Sequence record: SRR31156797_350
Reading direction: 5' to 3' (one strand)
Length of the DNA: 56,183 bases
The notes under the pieces were generated by a model. The model was not told the origin of the DNA. It did no database searches and saw only the letters and a list, made by a program, of their open reading frames with translations. The translations under genes were made by a program, and so were the position numbers. This document shows, in pieces, positions 18,297-28,204 of the stretch. The stretch's first letter is position 1; every line of letters begins with the position of its first letter.

Positions 18297-19202
18297 ATGA
18301 ACAAACAAACTATTTTGGTGTATGCCAGTATTATATTGGCTATGTTATTCTGGAGCTTTTCCTTTGTGTGGGTTAAAATCGTTTATCTGGTGTACAATCC
18401 CATTACTACTGTATTTATCCGGTTGATTATTTCATCTGCATTACTTTTCCTTATCGGAAAAATTATTGGGCGTATTCAACCTATCAGCAAAAAGGATAGA
18501 ATGCATTTGGTTTTATTGGCTTTCTTCGAACCTTTCCTTTATTTCATGGGCGAAAGTTTTGGCTTAAAACTGGTTTCATCAACGCTGGGAGCAGTAATCA
18601 TATCCACTATTCCTCTCTTCTCTCCCATAGCAGCTTACTTTTTCCACAAAGAAAAAATAAGTCCTAAAATTATTTTAGGAATCCTTATTTCAATAATGGG
18701 TGTTGGAGTTATCATCTTTAACAAAGAGTTCAATTTAATTGCATCGCCAGTTGGAATTGCTCTCATGTTTGTCGCAGTTGGTGCAGCGGTAGGTTATTCA
18801 ATTGTATTAAAAAACCTGGCATCAAAATACAATCCTCTTACCTTAATAACCTATCAAAATTTAATAGGAATCGCATTCTTCATGCCTTTGTTTTTTGTAT
18901 TCGATTGGAATCATTTTATTAATGCAGAACCAACAACCGAAGTTTGGATTGCCATAATAGAGCTTGCTATTTTTGCATCATCTTTGGCATTTATGTGCTT
19001 CACTTATGCTTTGAAATATTTAGGGATAAACAAATCCAACATCTTCATTAATGCCATTCCCGTTTTTACTGCTATTTTTGCATACTTTGTGTTAAACGAA
19101 ACGCTTAGCTTTCAAAAAATGGTAGGCATTTCCATTGTGATTTCAGGTTTGTTTTTATCTCAAGCCAAATTAAAGATGTTTAAAATAGGTGTTAAAAAAT
19201 GA
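18297..19202 (+). CDS. EamA/DMT family transporter
   Basis: 10 TM helices in two repeats; FWSFSF, R in TM2, KEK loop, LNE.L. Confidence 0.88.
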   Translation: MNKQTILVYASIILAMLFWSFSFVWVKIVYLVYNPITTVFIRLIISSALLFLIGKIIGRIQPISKKDRMHLVLLAFFEPFLYFMGESFGLKLVSSTLGAVIISTIPLFSPIAAYFFHKEKISPKIILGILISIMGVGVIIFNKEFNLIASPVGIALMFVAVGAAVGYSIVLKNLASKYNPLTLITYQNLIGIAFFMPLFFVFDWNHFINAEPTTEVWIAIIELAIFASSLAFMCFTYALKYLGINKSNIFINAIPVFTAIFAYFVLNETLSFQKMVGISIVISGLFLSQAKLKMFKIGVKK

Positions 19203-19705
19203 GCAAAATTAAGATTGATTTAGAGCTGTTGAAGGTAAAGGCTAAAAATACAGAGGCGGATACCAAAGAGTTTTTTGCTAAACTAAAAAAGAAGAAACCT
19301 AAGCAATTAGACACTATTGTTCATGCTCTTCACGATGAAGTTTTTGCTGAATTGGATTGTCTGGAATGTGCCAATTGCTGTAAAAGCATTAGCCCTATTA
19401 TTATAGATAAGGATATCGATCGTTTGGCAAAGCATTTACGCATGAAACCAAAAGATGTAATCGATCAGTATTTGGAAATGGATAAGGATAATGATTACGT
19501 TTTTCGGGAAGCGCCTTGTCCATTCTTAATGCCAGACAATTACTGTATGGTGTACGAAAATCGCCCTCGTGCTTGTCGTGAATATCCACACACCGACCGT
19601 AAGCGTTTTTATCAGATTTTAAACCTTACACAAAAAAACATACATTACTGCCCTGCAGTTTACGAAGTAACCGACAGATTAAAAAAGAAAAAAGATCAAT
19701 TGTAA
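19199..19705 (+). CDS. YkgJ-family cysteine-cluster protein
   Basis: CLECANCC...CPFL...CMVYENRPRACREYPH. Confidence 0.88.
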   Translation: MSKIKIDLELLKVKAKNTEADTKEFFAKLKKKKPKQLDTIVHALHDEVFAELDCLECANCCKSISPIIIDKDIDRLAKHLRMKPKDVIDQYLEMDKDNDYVFREAPCPFLMPDNYCMVYENRPRACREYPHTDRKRFYQILNLTQKNIHYCPAVYEVTDRLKKKKDQL

Positions 19706-19759
19706 TTTCGTTTTCAAATCGGATTTTTATCTTTATGATTCATAATTTGAACCAATCTA

Positions 19760-20791
19760 ATGAATAAACTCTCAGTTTTACTTTTCCTGATTCTATTTAG
19801 TTCTCTTATTTCCCGTGCTCAATCGGGTGGTGAGAATATTTATGAGTTTTTAAATTTGGGAAGTTCGGCAAGAGTGGCAGCATTAGGTGGCGATCAAATT
19901 GCATTGGGAAATGTTGAGGCTGATTACGCATTTTACAACCCTGCGGCACTAAATTCAGATTTAGATCAGCAGGTAGCTTTAAATTACGTAAGTTATATTG
20001 CTGATATCAATTATGGATATGCTTCCTACAACAAGCATTTTAAGAACATTGGAACTTTTGCTATAGGAATGCACTACGTAAACTATGGAAAATTTACCGA
20101 AGCAGATCAATTGGGTGAAATTACTGGTAATTTTAAAGCATCGGATTATGCCCTTTTTATTAGCTATGGAAGACAAATTAGCGATAAAATTAAAGTCGGC
20201 ATAACACTTAAACCCATTTATTCTTCTCTCGAAAAGTACAATTCCTTTGGCTTAGCTACCGATCTTTCCATCATTTACGATAGTTCCGATCAATTATTCA
20301 GAGCAGCACTACTTGCCAGAAATTTTGGATATCAGATAAAACCATATTACGGATCGCATCGAGAAGATTTACCAAATGAAATTCTTCTTGGTTTTAGTAC
20401 AAAATTACAACATGCACCCTTTTGCTTTGCTGTAACCTATCGACATCTCGAGGAATTTGACATGAGTTACAAATCAGATTTAGATAATACTGACAATACA
20501 ATTTCCAATCCTTCTTCATCCGATAATTTTGCTGACAAAGCTTTAAAACATTTAATTTTGGGTGTAGAATTTCTACCTACAAAAAATGTCTCTGTTCGTC
20601 TTGGGTATAATTTTCAACGCAGAAAAGAGCTGAGTATCGATGATAAAAAATCAACCGTTGGCTTTTCATGGGGATTTGGATTTAAGGTTTCACGATTTCA
20701 TATCAGTTATGCTTCTGCAAAATATCATTTGGCAGGTGCAAGCAATCATTTTTCTATTAGTACCAGACTAAGCGATTTTAATTTTCGATAA
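19760..20791 (+). CDS. porQ: T9SS outer-membrane protein PorQ
   Basis: YEFLNL.SSARVAALGG, NPA, LGYNFQRRKEL and GFS.GFG motifs; upstream of cmk as in other Bacteroidota. Confidence 0.82.
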   Translation: MNKLSVLLFLILFSSLISRAQSGGENIYEFLNLGSSARVAALGGDQIALGNVEADYAFYNPAALNSDLDQQVALNYVSYIADINYGYASYNKHFKNIGTFAIGMHYVNYGKFTEADQLGEITGNFKASDYALFISYGRQISDKIKVGITLKPIYSSLEKYNSFGLATDLSIIYDSSDQLFRAALLARNFGYQIKPYYGSHREDLPNEILLGFSTKLQHAPFCFAVTYRHLEEFDMSYKSDLDNTDNTISNPSSSDNFADKALKHLILGVEFLPTKNVSVRLGYNFQRRKELSIDDKKSTVGFSWGFGFKVSRFHISYASAKYHLAGASNHFSISTRLSDFNFR

Positions 20792-20894
20792 ATTTTCGTC
20801 AAAAAAACCGCAGCGCAATCGTTTACTAAGGAGTACTCACTCGAAACCCCATCATTTTTAAAGCTTTTTCTAACTTTTTGATCGATTTTCTTTT

Positions 20895-20902
20895 TACTTT
20901 TG
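20895..20902 (+). promoter_or_regulatory. -7 promoter element for cmk-ispH-pfkA
   Basis: TACTTTTG; supports the ATG at 20939. Confidence 0.6.
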
Positions 20903-20938
20903 TACGCAATTGCACAAAAATTTCGAGCAATAAATAGA

Positions 20939-21634
20939 ATGGATATATCTGAAAAGAAACTAATTATAGCAATTGACGGTCATTCGTCATGCGGAAAAAG
21001 CACAGTCGCCAAAGATTTGGCAAAAAAAATAAATTACACCTATATTGATAGTGGTGCAATGTACCGCGTTGTAACTTTATTTGCAATGCGCAACAATTTG
21101 ATTTCTTCCGATGTTGTAGATGAAAACAAATTGGCTCATCATATCGATCAGGTAAGCATTTCGTTTAAATACAACAATGAAAAGCAACGTCACGAAACCT
21201 ATCTTAACGGAGAATTGGTTGAAGATGAAATCAGAAGTCTTGACGTTTCGAACAATGTAAGTTTGATTGCTACAATCAAATTTGTACGTGAGAAAATGGT
21301 TGCTTTTCAACGTGAATTGAGCAAAGCTGGTGGAGTAATCATGGACGGTAGAGATATCGGAACTGTAGTTTTCCCTAATGCTGAATTGAAAATTTTCATG
21401 ACTGCTGATGTAGAAGTAAGAGCCATCCGCCGTTTCAAAGAATTGAAAGAAAAAGGAGAAGATGTTTCCTTAGATGCAATTCGTGAAAATGTTCAGAAAA
21501 GAGATTATATCGACGAAAATCGTGATGAAAGTCCATTACGCAAGGCCGATGATGCAATAGTTCTTAACAATAGCAATCTTACTCCAGCAGAGCAGTTGGA
21601 TTGGATTGTAGAAAGAATGAATGAGATTAAATAA
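20939..21634 (+). CDS. cmk: Cytidylate kinase
   Basis: IAIDGHSSCGKST, DSGAMYR, MDGRDIGTVVFP and RDYID..R..SPL motifs. Confidence 0.96.
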   Translation: MDISEKKLIIAIDGHSSCGKSTVAKDLAKKINYTYIDSGAMYRVVTLFAMRNNLISSDVVDENKLAHHIDQVSISFKYNNEKQRHETYLNGELVEDEIRSLDVSNNVSLIATIKFVREKMVAFQRELSKAGGVIMDGRDIGTVVFPNAELKIFMTADVEVRAIRRFKELKEKGEDVSLDAIRENVQKRDYIDENRDESPLRKADDAIVLNNSNLTPAEQLDWIVERMNEIK

Positions 21635-23481
21635 TGAAGATTGAAATTGATCCAAATGCCGGTTTTTGTTTTGGTGTTGTTAATGCAATAAACAAAGCAG
21701 AAGAATCACTTACAAAAGAAGAGCAACTCTATTGTATTGGTGACATTGTTCACAACAGTACCGAGGTTGATCGCCTGCAAAGTTTGGGTTTACAATCAAT
21801 CGATCATGAAGAATTTAATGCTGTAAAAGGAAAAAAGGTTTTGTTTCGCGCACATGGCGAACCACCTTCATCGTACAAAACAGCAAAGGACAATAAAATT
21901 GAAATTATCGATGCTACTTGTCCGGTTGTATTAAATCTTCAAAAAAGAATAAAAAAAGCTTACCGCGAGATAAAAAAATCGAACGGACAAATTGTAATAT
22001 ACGGCAAAAAAGGACATGCCGAAGTAAATGGTCTGGTTGGACAAACCGATGGCAATGCCATAGTGGTTGAAACGTTAAAAGATTTAAAATCAGTTAATCC
22101 TGATTTACCAGTAATCTTGTTTTCACAAACAACAAAAACCATTGAAGGATTTAAATTGGTTACCGAACAATTGAAAAAAACGGTAAAAGCTTCATTTAAA
22201 TCGCATGATACAATTTGCAGAAAGGTTGCCAATCGTGTGCCTTTGATTAAAGATTTTGCAACCAAACACGATGTTATGGTGTTTGTAAGTGGTAAGAAGA
22301 GTTCAAATGGTAAGCTTTTGTTCGATGTTTGTAAAAATGCAAACCCGAATAGTTATTTCATTACCGGTCCTGACGAAATTAAGACGGAGTGGTTCGATAG
22401 AGGTAAATCTGTTGGTGTTAGTGGTGCAACTTCGACTCCAGGATGGTTAATGAATGACGTTGTTGAAAAAATCAAACTTGAAAATAAAATAATTATTAGC
22501 ATGTCAAGAATTAAAAAAATAGGTGTGCTTACATCAGGGGGCGATGCTCCTGGAATGAATGCAGCAATTCGTGCGGTTGTTCGTACTGCTATCTTCAATA
22601 AGTTGGAGGTATTCGGTATCAAACAAGGTTACGAAGGTTTAATCAGTGGTGATTTCAAAAAAATGAAATCTCACGATGTAAGTAATATCATTGGTAAAGG
22701 AGGAACTATTCTTTGTTCAGCAAGAAGCGACGAGTTTAGAACCGTAGAAGGGAGACAAAAAGCTTACGATCAAATGGTCGCAAATAAAATGGATGCTTTG
22801 GTTGTGATTGGTGGAGATGGTACTTTTTCTGGTGCACGTATCTTTACTCAGGAGCACGATATTCCTGTTGTTGGAATCCCTGGAACTATTGACAACGATT
22901 TGTATGGTACTGATTACACAATTGGTTACGATACAGCTATCAATACTGTTATTGATGCAGTTGATAAGATTCGCGATACTGCAAGCGCTCACAACCGTTT
23001 ATTCTTTATTGAAGTGATGGGACGTGATGCTGGATTTATTGCTCTTCGCAGTGGTATTGCTACCGGTGCTGAGGCTATTATGATTCCTGAAAAAGAAACT
23101 CATGCAGCCGAATTGCAAGCTTATCTTGAAAAAGGATACAAAGAACACAAATCGAGTGGTATTGTAATTGTTGCCGAAGGTGATAAATCTGGTGGAGCAT
23201 ATACTATCGCTAAGGAAATCGAGAAAGAACATCCTGAGTATGATATTCGAGTTTCGATACTTGGACACATGCAACGTGGTGGATCTCCATCTGCTTTCGA
23301 CCGTGTAACTGCATCTACATTAGGTGTTGCTGCTGTTGAAGCATTGCTTGATGATCAAAAAAGTATAATGGTAGGTATGGTTCACGGTGAAGTATCACAT
23401 GTTCCTTTTAACAAAACCATTAAAAATAAAAAGAAAGTAAAGGATACTTATCTGTACATCAACGAGATCCTTTCTATCTAA
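21634..23481 (+). CDS. ispH-pfkA: In-frame fusion of IspH (aa 1 to about 283) and ATP-dependent 6-phosphofructokinase (from Met290, nt 22501)
   Basis: IspH: GFCFGV, IVHN, RAHG, DATCP, H.EV.G, SQTT, DTIC, SSN, GATSTP. PfkA: LTSGGDAPGMN, GGDG, PGTIDND, EVMGR, VAEG, LGHMQRGG. No stop codon between the two. Confidence 0.9.
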   Translation: MKIEIDPNAGFCFGVVNAINKAEESLTKEEQLYCIGDIVHNSTEVDRLQSLGLQSIDHEEFNAVKGKKVLFRAHGEPPSSYKTAKDNKIEIIDATCPVVLNLQKRIKKAYREIKKSNGQIVIYGKKGHAEVNGLVGQTDGNAIVVETLKDLKSVNPDLPVILFSQTTKTIEGFKLVTEQLKKTVKASFKSHDTICRKVANRVPLIKDFATKHDVMVFVSGKKSSNGKLLFDVCKNANPNSYFITGPDEIKTEWFDRGKSVGVSGATSTPGWLMNDVVEKIKLENKIIISMSRIKKIGVLTSGGDAPGMNAAIRAVVRTAIFNKLEVFGIKQGYEGLISGDFKKMKSHDVSNIIGKGGTILCSARSDEFRTVEGRQKAYDQMVANKMDALVVIGGDGTFSGARIFTQEHDIPVVGIPGTIDNDLYGTDYTIGYDTAINTVIDAVDKIRDTASAHNRLFFIEVMGRDAGFIALRSGIATGAEAIMIPEKETHAAELQAYLEKGYKEHKSSGIVIVAEGDKSGGAYTIAKEIEKEHPEYDIRVSILGHMQRGGSPSAFDRVTASTLGVAAVEALLDDQKSIMVGMVHGEVSHVPFNKTIKNKKKVKDTYLYINEILSI

Positions 23482-23584
23482 TTTTACATTCTGCAACATT
23501 CTTGTTCATGATATTTTCTTCTGATTGAGATTCCTTCTTGGGATTTCAGTCAGAACTGATAACTTTGAGGAAAATGCCTCTCTA

Positions 23585-26059
23585 ATGAACAACAATTCAA
23601 ATTTTGCAGATGTTATACTGCCACTTCCTTTGGCCGGACTTTTCACTTATTCCATTCCGGAAGAGTTAAAAACAGATGTGGCCATTGGAAAAAGGGTAGT
23701 TGTTCCTTTGGGCAATAAAAAGCTGTATACAGCAATTGTCAGAAAACTTCACAACAACGAACCTTCCGATTACAAAGTAAAAGATATCCTATCCTGTCTC
23801 GACAGTTCTAATGTTATCAATGGCTATCAATTGAAATTTTGGGATTGGATATCACAATATTATCAAGCAGTTTTAGGTGATGTTTACAAAGCTGCTGTTC
23901 CTTCTGGCTTAAAACTTGAGAGCCAAACTAAAATTTCGATTAACTCTGATTTCAATACAGATTCAATCTTAAATAAGACCGAAGAGCAAATTTTAAATGT
24001 TTTAACTCATTCGAAAGATGTAAGTATCTCCAGCTTAAATCAAGCTGTTGGTTTAAAAAATACTTTACCACAAGTTAAATCACTTCTCGAAAAAGGTGCT
24101 GTTTCGATTGATGAACAAATCTCAGCTGGATACAAGGAAAAAAAACAGGAGTTTGTCTGTTTAAATTCGGATTTCCAGGAATATGAAATGGGTGAAATCC
24201 TTAACAAATTAAAACGAGCCAAGAAACAACAGGAATTACTATACTCTTATTTAAATCTATCAAAGCACTTTTTTGAAGAAACCCCACAAAAAGTTAGCGT
24301 TCTAGAATTGTTAAAATCGATAGATTGTTCACGTACCATTTTAAAAAGTTTAATAGAAAAGAACATTCTAAAAATCTATTTTGAAAAAGTTGATCGACTT
24401 GATCATTCCGAAATATCATCTTCTGAATTAAAAATATTAAACCAATATCAAGAAAAAGCAATTGGTGAAGTACGAACTCATTTCGAAAATCAAAATTGTG
24501 TTTTATTGCACGGAGTAACTTCAAGTGGGAAAACAGAAATTTACATTCATCTAATTGAAGAGCAAATAAAAAAAGGCAAACAAGTTCTTTATCTTTTACC
24601 CGAAATTGCGCTTACTACTCAAATTATTAATCGATTGAAATTGGTTTTCGGAAACAAAGTAGGTGTTTATCATTCTAAATTTAACGATGCTGAACGAGTA
24701 GAAATATATAACAACATTCTTGAGAATAATTCCGAAAGATCCTACCAGATAATTCTCGGAGTTCGTTCTTCTATTTTTCTACCATTTAATAATTTAGGAC
24801 TTATCATTGTAGATGAAGAGCACGAAAATACTTACAAACAATTCGATCCATCACCACGTTATCATGCTCGTGATGCCGCATTATATCTCGCACATATACA
24901 TCAGGCGAAAACTCTACTGGGAACAGCAACTCCCGCCGTTGAAACCTATTTTAACGCACAGAAAGGAAAATATGGATTGGTGGAATTATTTCAACGTCAT
25001 CAAGATATAGAAATGCCGGAAATTATCGTTTCGGATATAAAGGAAGCACGTAGAAAAAAACAGATGAAATCCATCTTCTCTCCTGATTTGATTAAAATGA
25101 TGGAAACCTGTATGGAAAATAAAGAACAGGTAATTTTATTTCAGAACCGAAGAGGATATGCACCTTATTTGGAATGTAAATCTTGTGGTTGGGTACCAAA
25201 TTGTCCCAATTGTTCTGTTAGCCTCACTTACCATCGGCACAACAATCAACTTACTTGTCACTATTGTGGACATGGTACACATCCTCCGGTAAATTGCAAT
25301 CATTGTGGATCAACCGATATTGAAGATAGAGGTTTTGGTACCGAAAAAATTGAAGAGGAATTATCAGCTTTTTTTCCGGATGCAAGAATTGCCCGAATGG
25401 ATTTGGATACCACAAGAAAAAAACGTGCCTACGAAAAACTGATTTACCAGTTTGAAAATCATGAATTGGATATTTTGGTAGGAACACAAATGGTTTCAAA
25501 AGGCTTGGATTTCGACAATGTTAGTTTGGTAGGTATTCTAAATGCGGATTCAATGATGAATTATCCTGACTTTAGAGCTTATGAACGAAGCTTCCAAATG
25601 ATGGCACAGGTATCAGGTCGAGCTGGTCGAAAAAAGAAACGTGGAAAAGTCTTAATTCAAACCTACGCACCCGATCATCCTATCATTCAAAGTGTGGTTA
25701 AGAACGATTATCAAGAAATGTACTCTTCTCAACTACTAGAAAGACAAGAATATATATATCCGCCCTATTATCGATTGATTAATATAGGTATGAAACACAA
25801 ACAGCAGCATTTGGTAAATGAAGCTGCTGAATATTTAGCCAAATCATTAAAAAAAATATTTGGAGTGCGTGTTTTTGGTCCTCAGGCACCAGTTATAAAT
25901 CGTATTCAAAACAATTACATTGTGAACATTTTACTTAAAATTGAAAAGAAGAGTTCACCTGCAAAAGCAAAATGGATTTTGAATCAGCAAGCCAGTTTTA
26001 TAAAAGAAATTGACCGATTTAAGGCTATTCAAATTAATTTTGATGTTGATCCTATGTAA
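23585..26059 (+). CDS. priA: Replication restart helicase PriA
   Basis: GVTSSGKT, PEIALT, DEEH, QNRRGY, four CxxC, GTQMVSKGLDF, QVSGRAGR and DVDP; -7 box TAACTTTG at 23560-23567 supports this start. Confidence 0.96.
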   Translation: MNNNSNFADVILPLPLAGLFTYSIPEELKTDVAIGKRVVVPLGNKKLYTAIVRKLHNNEPSDYKVKDILSCLDSSNVINGYQLKFWDWISQYYQAVLGDVYKAAVPSGLKLESQTKISINSDFNTDSILNKTEEQILNVLTHSKDVSISSLNQAVGLKNTLPQVKSLLEKGAVSIDEQISAGYKEKKQEFVCLNSDFQEYEMGEILNKLKRAKKQQELLYSYLNLSKHFFEETPQKVSVLELLKSIDCSRTILKSLIEKNILKIYFEKVDRLDHSEISSSELKILNQYQEKAIGEVRTHFENQNCVLLHGVTSSGKTEIYIHLIEEQIKKGKQVLYLLPEIALTTQIINRLKLVFGNKVGVYHSKFNDAERVEIYNNILENNSERSYQIILGVRSSIFLPFNNLGLIIVDEEHENTYKQFDPSPRYHARDAALYLAHIHQAKTLLGTATPAVETYFNAQKGKYGLVELFQRHQDIEMPEIIVSDIKEARRKKQMKSIFSPDLIKMMETCMENKEQVILFQNRRGYAPYLECKSCGWVPNCPNCSVSLTYHRHNNQLTCHYCGHGTHPPVNCNHCGSTDIEDRGFGTEKIEEELSAFFPDARIARMDLDTTRKKRAYEKLIYQFENHELDILVGTQMVSKGLDFDNVSLVGILNADSMMNYPDFRAYERSFQMMAQVSGRAGRKKKRGKVLIQTYAPDHPIIQSVVKNDYQEMYSSQLLERQEYIYPPYYRLINIGMKHKQQHLVNEAAEYLAKSLKKIFGVRVFGPQAPVINRIQNNYIVNILLKIEKKSSPAKAKWILNQQASFIKEIDRFKAIQINFDVDPM

Positions 26060-26128
26060 GTTGATTCCATATAAATGTTAAAAATGCATAAGGAAAACAC
26101 TAAAAATTCATGAAAAGGCAGATTTGTT

Positions 26129-26136
26129 TATCTTTG
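26129..26136 (+). promoter_or_regulatory. -7 promoter element for the heptose kinase gene
   Basis: TATCTTTG. Confidence 0.6.
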
Positions 26137-26158
26137 CTGACAGCAATTCAAAAATCAA

Positions 26159-27166
26159 TTGATAGTGAACAAAATTGAATTAGAGAAAACCTTCGAAAGT
26201 TTTTCCAATTTTAACGTGCTAATTATTGGCGACGTTATGGTCGATGCCTACGTTTGGGGCAAGGTTGAACGAATTTCACCTGAGGCTCCAGTGCCAATTG
26301 TTTCATGTGTTAACAGAGAAAACAGACTGGGTGGTGCTGCAAATGTTGCACTAAATATCAAATCAATGGGTGCTAACCCAATTCTTTGTTCCGTTATTGG
26401 AAATGATGAAAAAGGGAAAGATTTTTTGAACCTTTTGACTGAAATTCAGCACGAACAAGATGGTATTGTAACGAGCGACCATCGCCGAACAACTGTAAAA
26501 ACTAGATTTATAAGCGACAATCAGCATCTAATTCGAGTGGATGAAGAAGATACTCACGAACTGGCTGATGAAATTGAGTTGGAATTCATCAAACACATTA
26601 AAAGTTTGATGGAGAAACATACCATTCATGCTGTCGTTTTTGAAGATTACGATAAAGGTGTTATCACCAAAAAATTGATAGAGGATATTACCAGTTTGGC
26701 AAATCAAAAAGAGATTCCAATACTAGTTGACCCTAAAAAGCGCCATTACAAAGACTATAAAAATGTTAGTCTGTTTAAGCCAAACTTTAAGGAATTTGTT
26801 GAAGGATCGAATTTAGATCTAGAAAAAGGAAATATTGAAGGCTTATTTGCTGAAGCTAAAAAATTCCAAAACGAGATGGGTATTAACAAGTTGTTGATAA
26901 CTCTATCGGAGCTAGGTGTTTTTATCAGTAATGAAAATACTTATGAACATATTCCTGCTGTAGTTAGAGAAATTGCAGATGTTTCGGGTGCAGGTGATAC
27001 AGTAATAAGCGTTGCTACACTTTGTCTTGCTGCTGGAATGGAAGCGAAAGAAATAGCCGCTATCTCGAATTTAGCAGGTGGTATTGTTTGTGAAATACCT
27101 GTAGTAGTACCAATTGATAAGGATCAGTTGCTGAGTGAGAGTATCAAAATACTGTCATCAAATTAA
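26159..27166 (+). CDS. rfaE1: D-glycero-beta-D-manno-heptose-7-phosphate kinase (RfaE domain I / HldA, PfkB family)
   Basis: GDVMVD.Y..G.VERISPEAPVP, GGAANVA, DYDKG, VDPK, KPN..E and DVSGAGDTV; start may be GTG at 26165. Confidence 0.88.
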   Translation: MIVNKIELEKTFESFSNFNVLIIGDVMVDAYVWGKVERISPEAPVPIVSCVNRENRLGGAANVALNIKSMGANPILCSVIGNDEKGKDFLNLLTEIQHEQDGIVTSDHRRTTVKTRFISDNQHLIRVDEEDTHELADEIELEFIKHIKSLMEKHTIHAVVFEDYDKGVITKKLIEDITSLANQKEIPILVDPKKRHYKDYKNVSLFKPNFKEFVEGSNLDLEKGNIEGLFAEAKKFQNEMGINKLLITLSELGVFISNENTYEHIPAVVREIADVSGAGDTVISVATLCLAAGMEAKEIAAISNLAGGIVCEIPVVVPIDKDQLLSESIKILSSN

Positions 27167-27198
27167 AATTAAACAAATTCACATGTTCATTATGAACA

Positions 27199-27225
27199 AA
27201 ATTGACTTCGAGTCGATTTGTTTTT
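27199..27225 (+). terminator. Probable intrinsic terminator after the heptose kinase gene
   Basis: AAATTGACT-TCG-AGTCGATTT followed by GTTTTT. Confidence 0.55.
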
Positions 27226-27324
27226 AAAGAGATGTTAGAATTCATTTAAAAATATGTTGATAATTTGGATGGTACTTGTTACTATTTTAGAATGTCTCAA
27301 AATTTTAAATGTCGCTTAAAAGTG

Positions 27325-27332
27325 TATCTTTG
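27325..27332 (+). promoter_or_regulatory. -7 promoter element for parAB
   Basis: TATCTTTG. Confidence 0.65.
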
Positions 27333-27378
27333 AAAAACATCAAATAATATAATTTAATCCTTGTAATACGAATTGTTT

Positions 27379-28182
27379 ATGGCTAAAATTATTGCTCTAG
27401 CGAACCAAAAAGGAGGGGTTGGTAAAACCACAACAGCTATCAATCTGGCTTCGAGTCTTGCTGTTTTGGAGTATAAGGTATTGATCATTGATGCAGATCC
27501 ACAAGCAAATTCTACATCAGGAATTGGTTTTGATGTTCGCACTATCGACAAAAGTATTTACGAATGTATTGTTGATGGTATTGATCCTAAAGAAGCTGTT
27601 CTGAATAGTGAAATTGAAGGATTTGATATTATTCCATCTCATATCGACTTGGTTGGTGCCGAGATTGAAATGTTAAACCTTGCCAATCGTGAAAAGATTC
27701 TTCTAAATGTATTGGAAAAAGTTAGATCTGATTACGATTTTATTTTAATTGATTGTTCACCATCTCTCGGTTTAATAACTGTTAATGCACTTACAGCTGC
27801 TGATTCCGTAATTATTCCAGTTCAGTGTGAATATTTTGCATTGGAAGGATTAGGAAAACTTTTGAATACAATTAAAATCATACAGAACCGTTTAAATACA
27901 GAATTGGAAATTGAAGGTTTCCTTTTAACCATGTACGATAGTCGTTTAAGATTATCAAATCAGGTAGTAAGTGAAGTTCGAAAGCATTTCCAGGATATGG
28001 TTTTTGAAACAATAATTCAAAGAAATACTAAACTTGGTGAAGCTCCTAGTTACGGGAAACCTGCAATTCTTTACGATGCAGACTCGGTTGGAGCAATTAA
28101 TTACCTAAATTTGGCACGTGAATTATTGCAAAATAACGATATGACCAAATCGAGCAATAAAGAAAAAATTATTAGCGAATAA
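27379..28182 (+). CDS. parA: Chromosome partitioning ATPase ParA/Soj
   Basis: NQKGGVGKTT, DADPQAN, DCSPSLG and PVQCEYFALEG motifs. Confidence 0.96.
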   Translation: MAKIIALANQKGGVGKTTTAINLASSLAVLEYKVLIIDADPQANSTSGIGFDVRTIDKSIYECIVDGIDPKEAVLNSEIEGFDIIPSHIDLVGAEIEMLNLANREKILLNVLEKVRSDYDFILIDCSPSLGLITVNALTAADSVIIPVQCEYFALEGLGKLLNTIKIIQNRLNTELEIEGFLLTMYDSRLRLSNQVVSEVRKHFQDMVFETIIQRNTKLGEAPSYGKPAILYDADSVGAINYLNLARELLQNNDMTKSSNKEKIISE

Positions 28183-28204
28183 TAAATAATTCTGAAGGAG
28201 TACC

